A stretch of 64,000 nt of DNA from NCBI RefSeq assembly GCF_009914755.1, contig NC_060932.1. The stretch is one strand, 5' to 3'. This DNA comes from the human T2T-CHM13v2.0 reference genome, Homo sapiens. Below the pieces are notes generated by a model. The model saw only the letters and a list, made by a program, of their open reading frames with translations, did no database searches and was not told the DNA's origin. Below are positions 13,206 through 27,269 of this stretch, piece after piece. How positions within the stretch are numbered: position 1 is the stretch's first letter; every line of letters starts with the position of its first letter. The translations under genes were made by a program, and so were the position numbers.

Positions 13206-14659
13206 TCATTAAAAAAGTCTTAAATTTTGCAAAACATCTATATTATTATGTATAGCACTATTCAACGAACTTAAATTTCCATTAGCTAGGACTCATTCTC
13301 AACTCTTTTGGCAGACAAATTATTTAACTATAAACATCTCCCTAAATTTATCAAAATATAATTTGCTTCACATAATTTATAGAGATCTCAATCTGTTAAT
13401 GATGCCTGTCCTCAGTACTGTCCCTTCAATATGACCTTAAGAGTTGTTTAATAAATTTGTTTTCTTTAATTTTAAAGTTTATATATTTGTCTATTTTCTA
13501 TTTTATTTCTTCAGTTTAAGATAACTTTTCCCCCACAGGGATATTTACTTTTCTTTATTCTTTTCCAAGGCCAATTATGAATAGAATTGTGTTTTAAATA
13601 TCTATTTCCTCATACAATATGAGTATTCCCCCCACGGTCTAGAATATTATTGATATATTCTCCATCTGTACTTAGCTATTCCATGTTTGGATAGCTCTAA
13701 TTATTTAATCAAATCTATGGTAATATAAATGTCCCCTGTATGTCTTTTTTATTATTTTTCCTAGTTTTATACTCATAAGAAATATAAAACATGTTTAATC
13801 ATACTTTCCTTTGCAGCTCTTAAACTATTTACAATTTTAATTTTGCTTAAATTGTGTACCCATACTAAATATCCCTAATTTCTTTTTCCATTTCCCATAT
13901 AAAGATATTGAACCCATCTGTGTAGCTTGTCACCTCCCCAAGGAACACTCCAATTTGCCTTTTAAAATCACAGTAAGAAATAAACTCATGTTCTCTGTGG
14001 CTTAACAAGGAGAGAATATACTGGACAATCACCTTCCTCTTTTACTTTTCAAGACAGCCAGCATCATCTACAGCATTCCTTAAACAGATTAATAATTAAT
14101 CAATAGCAACACGTAAGAGTTGAATAGTATGGGGATTAAAATCAAATCTTTTTCTCTTTTCACTTTTTTGCGTCAGTAAAGTTGTGCTTCTTCAACTCTG
14201 TGGTGATTGTACTTTGATTATGTGCAGGAATTTAGCTATAAGTATTAAATATTATTTAGTTACATTCAATACATTTATGAAGCCACTGACATCAGTAAGT
14301 AAACAGATCCCGTGAACCCAGTGTGGCAGAGACAGTGCTAAGAGAAACCTGGGCATAGCTTCTTTCCTCCACACATATGTGTGGATTTGCTGAGGCTGGT
14401 TTGCTGTAAATATTTTCTGTTAAAAGCTTAGACATGTGGGTGGGGTGGCTATTTCCTTAATATTAATAGTAATGTATGCTTTAATTATAGGAAGGACTAG
14501 AGAGAGAATACTATTTTGAGTGAGGTTATACTATTTCGAGTAACACTATTTTTAGCAGTGAGCCAACATGTCCTCTAGAACAAGTAGGAAAGCTGGATTA
14601 ATTTCAAAATCATATAGCAAAGGCATCAGAGAGCTACAGAAACAAGGGCTAATGTATTA

Positions 14660-14978
14660 ATGGCCTGAATACAACAAAAACAGAGGAAGGGCAAGTTTGC
14701 TCTCAGTGCTCCAGTGAGGACCTTCATCTTCTCCTGCCCTGCGACATTAGTGCTCCCATCTCTAGGGCCTTTGGACTTTGACCAGGACTTGCCTCTTGGA
14801 CTTTCCTGGTTTAGCCTTTGTGAACTATGGCACCACATTTCCTGGGTCTCCAGCTTGCAGATGGCAGATAGTGGGACTTTTCAGCTTCTAAAATCATGAG
14901 AGCCAATTCCTATAATAATTCTTTTTCCATATATATAGATATCCTATTGATTCTGTTTCTCTGGAGAACTCTAATACA
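14660..14978 (+). mobile_element. MLT2 (ERVL) LTR, 5'-partial
   Basis: TCTCCAGCTTGCAGATGGCAGAT..GGGACTT; ends TTCTGTTTCTCTGGAGAACTCTAATACA. Confidence 0.85.
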
Positions 14979-14979
14979 T

Positions 14980-15830
14980 ATGACAAACCAAAAAAGTGAA
15001 AGAATATATTTGTAATAAATATGTCAGACAAATACTAATATCCATGCTATATAAAGAGGTCTTACAAATGGAAAAAGAGAAAACAATGTGGGAAAAACAG
15101 GGAGGAACACTTCACAATAGACACATCTCAATAGCTAATGAATATTTTTAAAACTCACTCAGCTTCCTTAGTCAGCAGATTATGCAAATAAGACCACATT
15201 GAATACTACTACATACCCACCAGAAAGTTAAACTTTAAAAGGACAGGAAATACTAAGCTTGAGGAGTACATAAAGTAAATGGAGCATTCAAACATTGCTG
15301 TTAGGACTGTTAGTTGATCCAGCCACTTTGAATGACTATTTGACAGTGTTTGCATACGCTGGACGTAGTCATACACTGCGGCTCTGTACTGTTGTAATAG
15401 TCTGAAGCTTCACATGCAACTCAAAACAGATAAATTAAGGCATATCTATATACTGTAATACAAAACAGCAATAAGAATGAACATACTATAGGTATGTGGT
15501 ATGTTGGTGAATCTTCTAAACATGATGTTAAATAAAAAATTACAAAAAACGAGAACACATACTATTAATATATGATTCCATTTACATACAGTTACAAAAT
15601 AAAATGAGCAACACTAATTTATGAAGAGAGAGGTCAATAGTGGTTACCCTTGCAGGATCAAGTGTTCAGTACTAGGAAGCTACATAACTCGGGCTTATGG
15701 GATACTGTTTTTATTCTGTTTCTAAAACTGGGTGATAGATGCAATGAATTTGGAAATTAATTAAGCTGTGCACTTATAATTTTTGCACTTTATTGTGTTT
15801 ATGCTATAAATCAATGAAATGTAAATTAAT
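14980..15830 (+). mobile_element. Old L1M (L1ME-like) 3' region
   Basis: A-rich degenerate ORF2 C-terminus and 3' UTR (ATATGATTCCATTTACATA; GTGGTTACCCTTG). Confidence 0.7.
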
Positions 15831-16666
15831 TTCTACTGCACAAGGAAAAGAGGGAAAAAAAAGACACGGTGATTTAACTTAAAACTAAACTTCTTAGATT
15901 CAGCATGACCATACTTGATGGGCAAAGTCGCTAGTATGTTGGAAGCTCCTAATAGCAACTTTCAGAGCTCTGAAATGTTTTGCTGGGTTATGTGCTCCTA
16001 GTCCTGTGACCACCTCCATTCTTCTAGGATTCTGTGCTCATTTCTAAATGAATTGGAAACTTAATCTAACTTTCAATGTGTATGTAAAAGATGTGTTCTA
16101 TTGCCAATTCTTGGAGCTTCTGAAATGTTGCAGCAAATGTTTTGATGCTATCATCAAATGAATTAGCAAGCCCAGCTTTGCTTCCCCTGCAGATGTATTG
16201 AGCATTCTGTTTATGTTCATATTTCAGGCAAATATTAATCTGTAAGTCAGTGAGGGCCAAAGAAAGACCCATATAGCTCTTCACTAGTGACCTCATTAGG
16301 AATAATATAAATTCAATAATTTACTCTTGCAAATGTCTGTGCAACCAATCATTAATTTATTCAGTAGCAATAAGATAAAATAGATTTTTAATATATTTAA
16401 TATTATCTTCCCTGTTCTATTTATGTGCAATCTCATTATGGAAGAAAGACTGAGCAGCAGAGCACTAAATGTTTATTTTTTAGGAAGGCTGATTTCCAGA
16501 ATGTAAAATATAATATTTTGTATTCTCTTTTTTTGTGGCATGTAAAGCTTAGATAAAATACTTCTTAAGAACAGAATGTAGTGTTTTTATTACTCACTCT
16601 AAGGAATCTAGCACATAATAAGCCCTTGTGGAAATAACAAATCAGGTGCTATCTTCATTAATGATT

Positions 16667-17134
16667 TGTGCAGGACAGTTTTCCAGATGGCTCTAGACTT
16701 ATCCAGTTCTCTCTTCTGTCTCATTTGTAGTTCTCATGAATAATTTTATAATGCTCTGGAAATGCAATGTCTTGAGATAAGGGGGAGCTGGCCAGAACAC
16801 CTGGGCTCTATTACAGTCTCTCCCTAGAAAAAGTATATCTTTCAATGCTTTAGCCCAGCAGGTCATTTTACCCTGGGGTATCAAATCCAGGGCAAGTTGC
16901 CTTTTGGGGTTCCTCAGCTGTGGAGCAAGGGTGGCTGGTGTGTGCAGTCAAGTCTTCATCCACCTTGAGCAGCTTTCCTGAGGTAGAGGACCAGCTCCTC
17001 ATGGATTCTAGGATTCCGTTCTCCCTCACTGACTATCTGTAAGTAATAAACCTACTGCATGTAATTGTGCGCGTGGGTTTTGTTTTTGTCACTGGACTCA
17101 AAGACAAGTCGGTAATCAGTGAATGTGGTTCACA
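16667..17134 (+). mobile_element. ERVL solo LTR (LTR47-like)
   Basis: TGTGCAGGACAG..GTAGTTCTCA..GGAAATGCAATGTCTTGAGATAAG; CTGTAAGTAATAAA polyA signal; ends TTCACA. Confidence 0.75.
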
Positions 17135-17749
17135 ATTTACAATGACATATTAAAATAACTAAAAAAAAAAAAGCCATGATTTCTAGGGGATTGGTTAGGT
17201 GGGTCCTCCACGGAAGCTCACAGTGAAGTGAAGAGATATTAATATTCACTAAGATGGGACATTGATTACTTCAGTGAGTTCAATGATACTGAGTATAATT
17301 CTGGTTTTGTTATTTTCTTAACTTACAAGATATTTTTGCCTTTTTTTGCTCTTAAATTGGATTTTTAAAGCTGAGAGAAAAACTGTGAATCAAAGATTGA
17401 CTGATTTCTCAAGACTGTACTTTCAGGTGATAGTCAAAGTAGGCCCAGAACCCAGATGTCCCTGTGTTGTGCACATTGTACCATATTCTACCATCAGTGA
17501 GAGCAATTTTATTAAAATGGATCTGAATCAACCCATGTACAGCACATGCATCACGCTCGAATCTGTTCTAAAATACTAACAAACTCTGAAGAAGATCTTT
17601 CTCCCTAGTAAATGTAACAGTGAGATTTGGCAGGATTTCTCGGTATGTCTATTATGGAACAAGCACTGTCTGAAATGTGATGAGGAAAATAAAAAATCCA
17701 CCAAGAATCATTATCCACTGCACACTGTCAACTTATGCCTGGATACACA

Positions 17750-17975
17750 CAGATAGCAGTGTAGTATCATTGTTCGAAAAGTGTAGGTTAACGCTGGAGC
17801 CACACTGCTTGTCTTTAAATTCTAGCTCTTCCTATCAATAGCTCTGAGATCTTGAGAATGTTACATAACCTCTTTGTCCTCAGTCTCTTTATCAATAAAA
17901 ATGTATTAACTTCATAGGATTGTTGTTAGGACAAGTCATCACATGAAAATTTATTAGCATAGTACTTGGCTTGTG
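17750..17975 (+). mobile_element. MIR
   Basis: GCAGTGTAG..CTGGAGCC..AAATTCTAGCTCT..TAACCTCTTTGTCCTCAGT. Confidence 0.75.
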
Positions 17976-18000
17976 TTTTTAGTATCCCAGAGTAGGAAAC

Positions 18001-18275
<275 letters not shown>

Positions 18276-18289
18276 TTTTGTTTTTTAAA

Positions 18290-19215
18290 AAAATTAAGGG
18301 AAATTACCACTCAGTTAAATACACCCCTTTTCACTGAAGTTTCGATGATTGTACACAACCATGTAACAACCTCCCAAAGTAGAAAGCAACCCACCATGCC
18401 ATGGAAACTTACCTGTACCTCTTCCCAATCCCCTCCCCAAGTCTGGCAATGTATTTTTAAATTTCAATCACATAGATTAGTCCCATTTGTTCTTTTATGT
18501 TTTCATGTATAACAACCTTACTGAGCTGTAATTTATATAACATAGAATTTACAGAAAGTATATAATTTAGTGGTATTTAGTATGTTCATAAAATTATTAA
18601 ATGATCACCCTAGTTAATTTTAGAACATTTTTATCACCTCCCCCAAAGAACCCCAACCCCATCAGCAGTCAATGCTTATTTCCAGCTGGCCACCCTCCCC
18701 GGCAGTAGGGAGCCACCAATCTACATTCTACATCAATCTGCATTTTTGAGATAGATAGATCCAACTAATAATTATTAATGAATAGTGAATACCTGTTGGA
18801 TTCAGTTTGCCTATATTTTGTTTAGTACATTTGCATTTATATTCATATATAACATTTTCTTGAAATAATTTCTTATACTTTATGAACCTGGTTTTGATAT
18901 GAAGTTTTTGCTAGTTTCTTAGAATTGGGGATCTTTTTCTTTTTTTTATTTGAAAAAGTCTGCTATGATTTGAATCATGTATTAATTATACATTAAATGG
19001 GAACTTTTCATAATGCAGCCTAACTTGTTGTCTTATTTTGGGGAAGATTTCTTACCTATTAGTTCACTTTTTAAAGTAGCTGTGATTATTTCTTAATTTT
19101 TTTCTTGATCTAATTTTAAAATATATTTATCTCAGAATGTATTATAGCTTTTTTACATAGATTTAACTAATTTGTTCATAATATTCTCCTATTTTCTTTT
19201 TAATGTCATTTGTAT
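18290..19215 (-). mobile_element. Old L1M fragments (3' UTR pieces and ORF2)
   Basis: TTTAGAACATTTTTATCACCTCCCC (L1MB-type 3' end); TGTTGGATTCAGTTTGC (ORF2, reverse complement). Confidence 0.65.
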
Positions 19216-19216
19216 T

Positions 19217-19944
19217 TATATTAGCCTTCTAGGGCTGTGTATTAGTCTGTTCTCATGCTGCTGATAAAGACAATACCTGAGACTGGGCAATTTACAAAAG
19301 AAAGAGGTTTAAGGGACTCACAGTTCCACATGGCTGGGGAGGCCTCACAATCATGGTGGATGGCAAAAGGCAATTCTTGTAAGAAGTGGTGGCAAGAGAG
19401 AATCAGAGAACAAAGACTAAGGAGTTTCCCCTTATAAAACCATCAAATTTTGTGAGACTTATTCACTACCATGGGAACAGTATGGGGGAAACCTATACTT
19501 TTCAATTCAATCACCTCCCATGGGGTCCCTCCCATAACATGTGGGAATTATGGGAGCTACAATTCAAGATGAGATGTGGGTGTGGACACAGCCAAACTAT
19601 ATCAGGCTGCCATAAGAAAATACCACAGACTGGGTGGCTTGAACAATAGAAATTTATTTCTCACAGTTCCAGGGGCTGGAAGTTCAAGAACAAGGTGCCT
19701 GCAAGTTTGGTTTCTCCTGTGACCTCCCTTTGGTTTTTAGACGGGCCTTCTCACTCCATCCTCACATGGCCGTTTCTCTGTGTTTGTCTTCTCCTGGGGT
19801 TCCCTCTTCCTCTTCTAGAAATACCACCCTTAGGACTTCATTTAACCTTAATTCCTCTTTACAGGCTCTATCTCCAAATGCAGTCAGTTTGGTGTTTAGG
19901 CTTCCACGTATGAATTTTGGGGGATCACAATTTAGTTCCTAACA
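19217..19944 (-). mobile_element. MLT1A LTR, split by THE1
   Basis: TAGGGCTG|CCATAAGAAAATACCACAGACTGGGTGGCTT; ends TTTAGTTCCTAACA. Confidence 0.85.
19238..19604 (-). mobile_element. THE1 solo LTR
   Basis: TGTATTAGTCTGTTCTCATGCTGCT..CAGCCAAACTATATCA with 5-bp TSD GGCTG. Confidence 0.93.
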
Positions 19945-20009
19945 CCACCTATAGTAGCATACTCTTGTAATTCCTGAGAGTGTTATTTGTAACCTTGTTT
20001 TAAATTTTC

Positions 20010-22080
20010 TGTTTTAGCATTTTTATTTTGAGGTAATTTTACCTTTACATGCAATTGTAGGAAAAAATACAGATATCTCTTGTATGGTTTACTCAATTTC
20101 CTCAATGGTATTATCTTTATTGTGTACTATATTTACATAAAAATGAATATAGTTTGCAAATAAATTATGGTGTGTGTATATAGCTGGCTGTGTATACACA
20201 TGCAATATCAAGGTACAATATTGGCACTGATATAATTTTTTAAGATTTCTTCAAATTTGCTTGTACTCATTTGTGTGTGTGTGTATTTAATTCTATGACA
20301 TTTTATTACATGTGCAGTTAATGTATCCGCAACTACAGTCAAGGTACTAAGCATTCCCAAAAGCCACATAGATCCCTCATGTTATCCTTTTAAAACCACA
20401 TCTCCTTCCTCCTAGCCGTCTCTTACTTAACCTTTGACAATCAAGAATCTTTTCATTTCTGTAATTTTGTCATTCCAAGAATGTTATATAAATAAAATGA
20501 TACATTACTAAATTTTTGGACTTTTTTTTTACCAATCATGATTTTCCAAAAAGTAATTTAAGTTTTTGACTATATGAATGTTTGATATTTTTACTTGCTG
20601 ATAGTATTTTATGATACAAATGTACCACAGTTTGTGAAACCGTTCACCCACAGAAGGACATCCAAATTGTTGCTGGTTTTTGACCATCGTGAATAAAGCT
20701 GAAATAAACCTTTGTGTGTAGAATTTTGAGTGGGTAGAAGTTTCACTTCTCTGGGATAAAGGATCAAGAATAAAATTTCTGGACAGTATGATAATTACAT
20801 GTTTAGTTTACAAAGAAACTGTTAAACTGTTTTGAGAGTCACTGTAATATTTTACATTTCTACCAGCAATATACGAATGGTTCAGTTTCTCCACCTTCTC
20901 ATAAGCATTTATTGCTGTCTCTATTTTTTTCACTTTAGTCATTTTGATAAAATGTCTTGTGTTATTTTGCATTTCCCTAGTGGCTAATGAAGTTGAACAT
21001 CTTTCATATGTTGTTCATGTCTTTTGCCAATTTTCTAATTGGATCATTTGTTTTTTGACTGATGGGTTTTCAGTTTTAAAAAATATATTTTAGATATAAT
21101 TCCCTTGGTAGATACGTGGTTTGCAAATATTTTCTCCTGGTCTGTAGCTTCTCTTTTCACCCTCTTAACTTAATGATTCACAAAGCAAATTTTAAAATTT
21201 TGATAAAGTTGAATTTATCAGTTTTTTTTTTTGAATCATACTTTTAGTATTAAGTCTCATATCTTAAAGATTTCTCCTATTTTTAAAGTTTTATAGTTTA
21301 ATGTTTTATATTTAACTTTATTATCAATTTTGAGTTAATGTTTAGAATAAGATGTGAGATTTAAGTCAAGATTCACTTCTTAAATATGGATGTTTGATTA
21401 TTTTGGCACCATTTGTTGAAAAGGCCATCTTTCTTCCATTGAATTGCTTTTGCCTCTTTGTTAAAAATCAGTTGAATGTGGGCCGGGTGCGATGGCTCAT
21501 GCTTGTAATCCCAGCACTTTGGGAGGCAGAGGTGGGTGGATCATGAGGTCAAGAGATCGAGACCATCCTGGCCAATATGGTGAAACCCCGTCTCTACTAA
21601 AAATACAAAAATTAGCCAAGCACGGTGGCAGGTGCCTGTGGTGCCAGCTACTCAGGAGATTGAGGCAGCAGAATCACTTGAACCTGGGAGGCAGAGGTTG
21701 CAGTGAGCCTAGATTGCGCCACTGCACTCCAGCCTAACAACAGAATGAGACTCCATCTCAAAAAACGAAACAAAACAAAACAAAACAAAACAAAATAGTT
21801 GAAAGTATTGTGTGGGTCTACTTCTACTTCTGGGTTCTATATTCTGTTCGATTGACTTATGCATTTATCCCTCCACCAATGCCATACCGTCTTAATTATA
21901 ATAATGGTTGTACTAATTCCTTCCACCTCATTCTTTTAAGATTGTTTTAGCTACTAGCAGGATTGTGGCTTTCCATATATCTTTTAGAGGAAGCTTCTTT
22001 AAGTATGCAAAAATACTTTCTGGGATTTTTTTCTAGAAATTTCATTAAACCTATAAATCAATTGTTGTAGATGTAGACAT
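20010..22080 (-). mobile_element. L1MC/L1MD-type LINE, 3' portion
   Basis: T-rich reverse complement of 3' UTR and ORF2 (GCACCATTTGTTGAAAAGG; GGGTTCTATATTCTGTT). Confidence 0.85.
21481..21795 (+). mobile_element. AluSc-like element with (CAAAA)n tail
   Basis: GAGGTCAAGAGATCGAGACCATCCTGGCC; degenerate TSD AAAATCAGTTGAATGT / AAAATAGTTGAAAGT. Confidence 0.93.
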
Positions 22081-25000
22081 AGATATTATTATTTGAGATT
22101 TCTTTTTTATTTATTAGTTTGCCTACCTTTTTGAAAAATCAAATTTACACCTTTTATACAATAACCAACTTTTGGGATACGTTTACCCCATTATCCATAT
22201 CTCACAATTTTTTCCTGCATTTTAGGTACTTTTTGTCCTTACCTTCCAAATCTCTAGTTATTTCTTAAGCTCTGTGTGTTCGCTAACCCATCAAATGAGT
22301 TTTAAATGTAAATTATTATATCTTTCAGTTATAGGTATTATTTGTTATCCTCTTTTAAACATTTTTGGTCTTTGCTTTCTACTTTTTTAAACACATATAT
22401 TTTGTTTTTGGAGTTAAATAATTCCGTTATCCAAAGATTTTGAACCTTTCTTCTTCTCTCCATTATTGCTGTTTATACTTACATGCATTTTTCTTTTGTG
22501 CATTTTGTGATTTTTGTCTTTAAAGTACTCTTTTTATTTAGAATGTCTTTAAATGAAATCCACTGAAGCCTTTGTTGAAACTGGATTTTTCTACAAAAGA
22601 TTTCAATTTTTTCTGCCCATTTTCTAGAGGCACTGCCTCCTGGGTACCTATTTAAATTATTTGTTTGATATTTTTTGAACTATATAGTGTGATTTTGGAA
22701 AGGCAAAATTGTGTGGATACTGCCTTAGATTTTCTTGTTTTTATTTTCCTCCTGTCTACTTCAATTATCAACATCAAGACAGTTAATTTTTTTTTACCCT
22801 CATATTTCTGAGTGACTTGTTTTTCATATATCCTTAAAATTAGTATATAATCCTTTGATCATTCAGCTTTTTAAGAGAATAGAATCTTTTAATTTCTTCA
22901 GTTTGCACAGATTTGGAACTTTATGTATACATATCTCTATCAGTAAACACTTATATTTTATACTTTTTCAGCTATATAAATATACTATCATTAAGTAACA
23001 TTTCAAAACATAATTTGTACATCCATAATCAATTATAATTATTTACATTTCCATTATAAATTATCTTGGTTATTATAAATATTTTTGGTCTGAATCTTAT
23101 TATATCATAAAAGTTCTTAATTTGGAATGTATCTAATATACAGTTCATTCAAAGACAGAAGAATGTCAGATCTGCTATTTTCTAGTTTGTACACTTGCAT
23201 TATTAAAATTATCTTTGATCCACAGTTGTTTTTTTTTTTTTTTGGTAGGGCATTTTTAGCTACTTGTCTATTTTTTGACGTTAATTAAACCTAAATTAGA
23301 AAAATAATCCATTTATAAACTTATATAATCAGGCATGTGTAAACTCTAATTTCACATGACGTGCTGGAAGAGAATGAGTCAATGGAAGTGACCCAGTCAA
23401 CACTTCAGGAATGTGAGCTCCCCACTCTCCTTCTGACTTACTATACTTGGCACAGGACCATTGGGGTCAAATAAAGGAACAAGTGTCAATATACAAATTA
23501 AATATTAGAAAAACTGACTTAAATTTTATGTAGAACTAAATATAAATTGGGTACTTTTATTTATTTACTTTTTGGACTCCAACAGCTTACTTGTGAATTC
23601 ATTGCGGTTTGTGGACCATACTTAGAGATAAGATGACTAGATTCCCTGCAGTTAAGCAGGTTGGGTGTTAAAAATATTACATGTCAGACATAAGGTCACA
23701 GGATAATGTGACCTTATAGGCTGGAAATGTTTGGGAAAATTAACATAAAAGCCCTGGTTTTGTAGTCTATTCTCATTTATTATTTTAACATGCTCAATAT
23801 TTTTAATATTTTAAGTTAATTCTCTTGAATTTGCTAATTATTGTCACATTTCTAAGTAACATAATTATATTACCTCCTTGAAATACAGAGATTTATTTAA
23901 GATGTTGAGATTAAAAGGAAAGGAATAATTTGATTAGTAGCCAGAGGGAGATATCTGGCCAAATGAGATTTGTTTGTGTAATTGCTTTAAAAAGGACAAG
24001 ATGGGAATATGTGAAAATTGTGAAGAAAGAGGTTTCTAATTCAAAGAAACATTTTAAAAGCCTTTAAGATATTTCCAGTTGTGCAGCTTGAACTTTTCTT
24101 ACTTAAATCCCATTTGAAATAAAAATTACCTACAATAAACAGTAAAATAAAATATATGTTTTCTCTAAATTGAGGCTGGATCAGGTACAACACAGTTCTT
24201 TTCTGAGGCTTTGTAGAATGGAATACACATATTGTATGATATTTTCCATACAGTTTTTCTAGTAAATATAAGTTAACCTAGGGGAACAATGTAAAAACTA
24301 TTTGAAAAGTAGATTGAAACAGAAATCCAAGTCTACTTAACTGGTGTAGATATAAAATATATCATGGAAATGTCAGAAGGGGAATGAGAAAAGCAATCGT
24401 TTGGAGTAGTATATAAAGTAGAAATAAAATCTCTCCATAGTGACGGTCTTGGAACCAAGCTTGCTTTCAAATTCTAACATAAAATGAGGGTTTCTTATAG
24501 GGCAATGTAGACTCCATTTGCACAATTTTCTACATTGTATAAGGCATTGATATGAAATTATTCACTGAAACCTGAGTGATGGAAGAAAGTACACATTATA
24601 TAGTTAATGATTACTTAGCGACTGCACAGGAGAAAAGTAAATTTGAAATAGTTAACCAAAAGAGTATGTGGCACATCTGAAAAATTCAAATAGGAAAACA
24701 ACAGAAAAGGTGCCAATCGTTTTAATCATACAGCATAACAAGGAATCAAATATTTTATTTTCCTCAGCTATTATTAATAAATGATAAATAAACTAAAGTG
24801 TTTCAGTTTAGTTTAGGGTGGTTTCTCTACGTGAGTGTGGCACCAGAAATAATAATGATTTTAAAGAAGGACATAGTTGCCTAGTAGTCAGCTAGACACA
24901 GAATTCTAACACATGTTCTTATTACTCTAAATGAAATTGAATGTATTGCTTAGTTTAGAAGACTTTTTGAAAACATCGATTCAATATCGATAGGAAAGCA

Positions 25001-25159
25001 TCATAAAAATTAACAGTAATTTCTGAGCCACTGCCTAGATCTCTTGTGCTGTTTATTAAATATTCTGTTGAGTCATTGTTACATGTCCATCTTCATGCTG
25101 AATTCAGGGAATACAGAGATGGATAAAGCACTATATCTACATGGAAGTGTTTTGTATGT

Positions 25160-25905
25160 TGGCATACATGTAAGGGGTATAAGTGCAGGTTTTATAGTGG
25201 ATATATTGCATATTGGTGAAGTTTGGGCTTTTAGTGTAACCATCACCTGAAAAGTGGATTTTGCATCTATTAAGTAATTTCTCATCCCTTTCATCCCACC
25301 CTGTCAAGTCTCCCATATCTATTATTCTACACTCTATGTCCATGTTTACATATTTTTTAGCTCCCACTTTTAAGTGAGAACATATGGTATAAGTGAGAAA
25401 ATGGGGCTATTTTTGTTGTTGTTGCTGAATTGAGTTCCTTTTAAATTCTGAATATTAGTCCTCTGTTGGATGCATAGTTTGCAAATATTTTCTCCCATTC
25501 TACAGGTTTTCTGTTGACTCTTGATTATTTATTTTACTGTGTAGAAGCTTTTTAGTTAAATTAAGTCCCATTTGTCTGTTTTTGTTGCTTGTGCCTTTGA
25601 AGTCTTAGTCATGAATTCTTTGCCTAGACCGATGTCTGAAATAACTTTCTCTAGGTTTCCTTGTAGTGTTGTTATAGTTTCAGGTCTTACATTTATGTCT
25701 TCAATCCATCTTGAGTTGATTTTTGTATATGGCGAGAGATAGGGGTCCAGTTTCATTCTTCTGCATATGGATATCCAATTTCTCCAGCACCATTTGTTGG
25801 ATGGTGTATGTATGTTTCCCTTATGTATGTTTTTGTAGACTTTGTCGAAGATCAATTGGCTGTAGATATGTGGATTTATTTCTGTGTTGCCTAGTCTGTT
25901 CCACT
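25160..25905 (-). mobile_element. L1PB-type 3' fragment with an internal deletion, inserted in an L2 relic
   Basis: ORF 25556-25855 is the L1 ORF2 C-terminus ([22 protein letters not shown]). 3' UTR at 25160-25390. Confidence 0.9.
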
Positions 25906-26725
25906 TATGTTATATAGAAGAGTTTAAAGTTGAATGAGAGATAAATGCATAAATAAATAAATGATATACTAATATAGCAACACATAAATAAATTCTGTGA
26001 ATGGTCATTGGAGGATATCACTATTTCCAAATTAATCAAAGTTACTTTTCTTCATGAAATTTCATCTTATTGTTTCCTTTAACATGAATATGAATTGGGT
26101 TATAACTTATATGTAATCAGAAGAAGGTCTGTAATCATGAAAATATTTGTCTACCATCTTTACTTTGTGCATCTCTATGGTACTTACAACCAACGTACCC
26201 TGGGTTTTCTTTGGCATTTTCTACCTATAACATGTTTCATTTGCATCTTCTATAAACAACACCTGTCTTCTAAATATACTGATTTTGCTTTTGTACTTTA
26301 TTTTTATGCTTCATGTCCAAATGGCACAGAGACAAGAATACTCAATTTGTATACAGTATGTATTAGTGTGCTTCCACATATATGCCATCCACATTCTATT
26401 ATGCTTCTAGAAAATCTGCCAGCTTCATCTATAAATTCTATTCAGTTCTCTGAAGCACCAGAATCAATATTCTTTTCTTTGTTTTCTGAGTTTGTGATTT
26501 TATGTGAACTTTTCAAAATAAATTACCAGTGCTGCATATCACTCATTTAAAAAAACAATAAATCAACTTCAAATGCAAGCACATGTCTGGGAGATTTAAC
26601 AGCTTTAGAAATAATAAGAACTAATAATTTTTTTACTATTTTTTTGTTTCAAATCTCTGTACCATAATTTTACATTATATGGAAATCCTTTGTAATAAAC
26701 TTGGAATTTATCACAGTAGTTGTGT

Positions 26726-27030
<305 letters not shown>

Positions 27031-27269
27031 GCATTGCATTTTTTTATTCAAAACTGTGAATTTGTTCAGAGAACAGCCTTTAACATCATCATTGTGTTTC
27101 TAATGTTAGTGCACAGGTGCTTAATATTTCCTGAATGACTGAATGACAAGAAATGAATCAATATGATAGTAAAAATGTTTACTCAACCAAATAGTGACAG
27201 TTTCTCATGCATGAGAATATGTTAACTTAATTACTGCAGTCCTGAAAACTTCTCTACATTGGTGGTGTG

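Noticed and set aside
26095-26550. 151-aa hydrophobic ORF
   Set aside because: TTG start and T-rich composition giving F/I/L/Y bias; no family motif.
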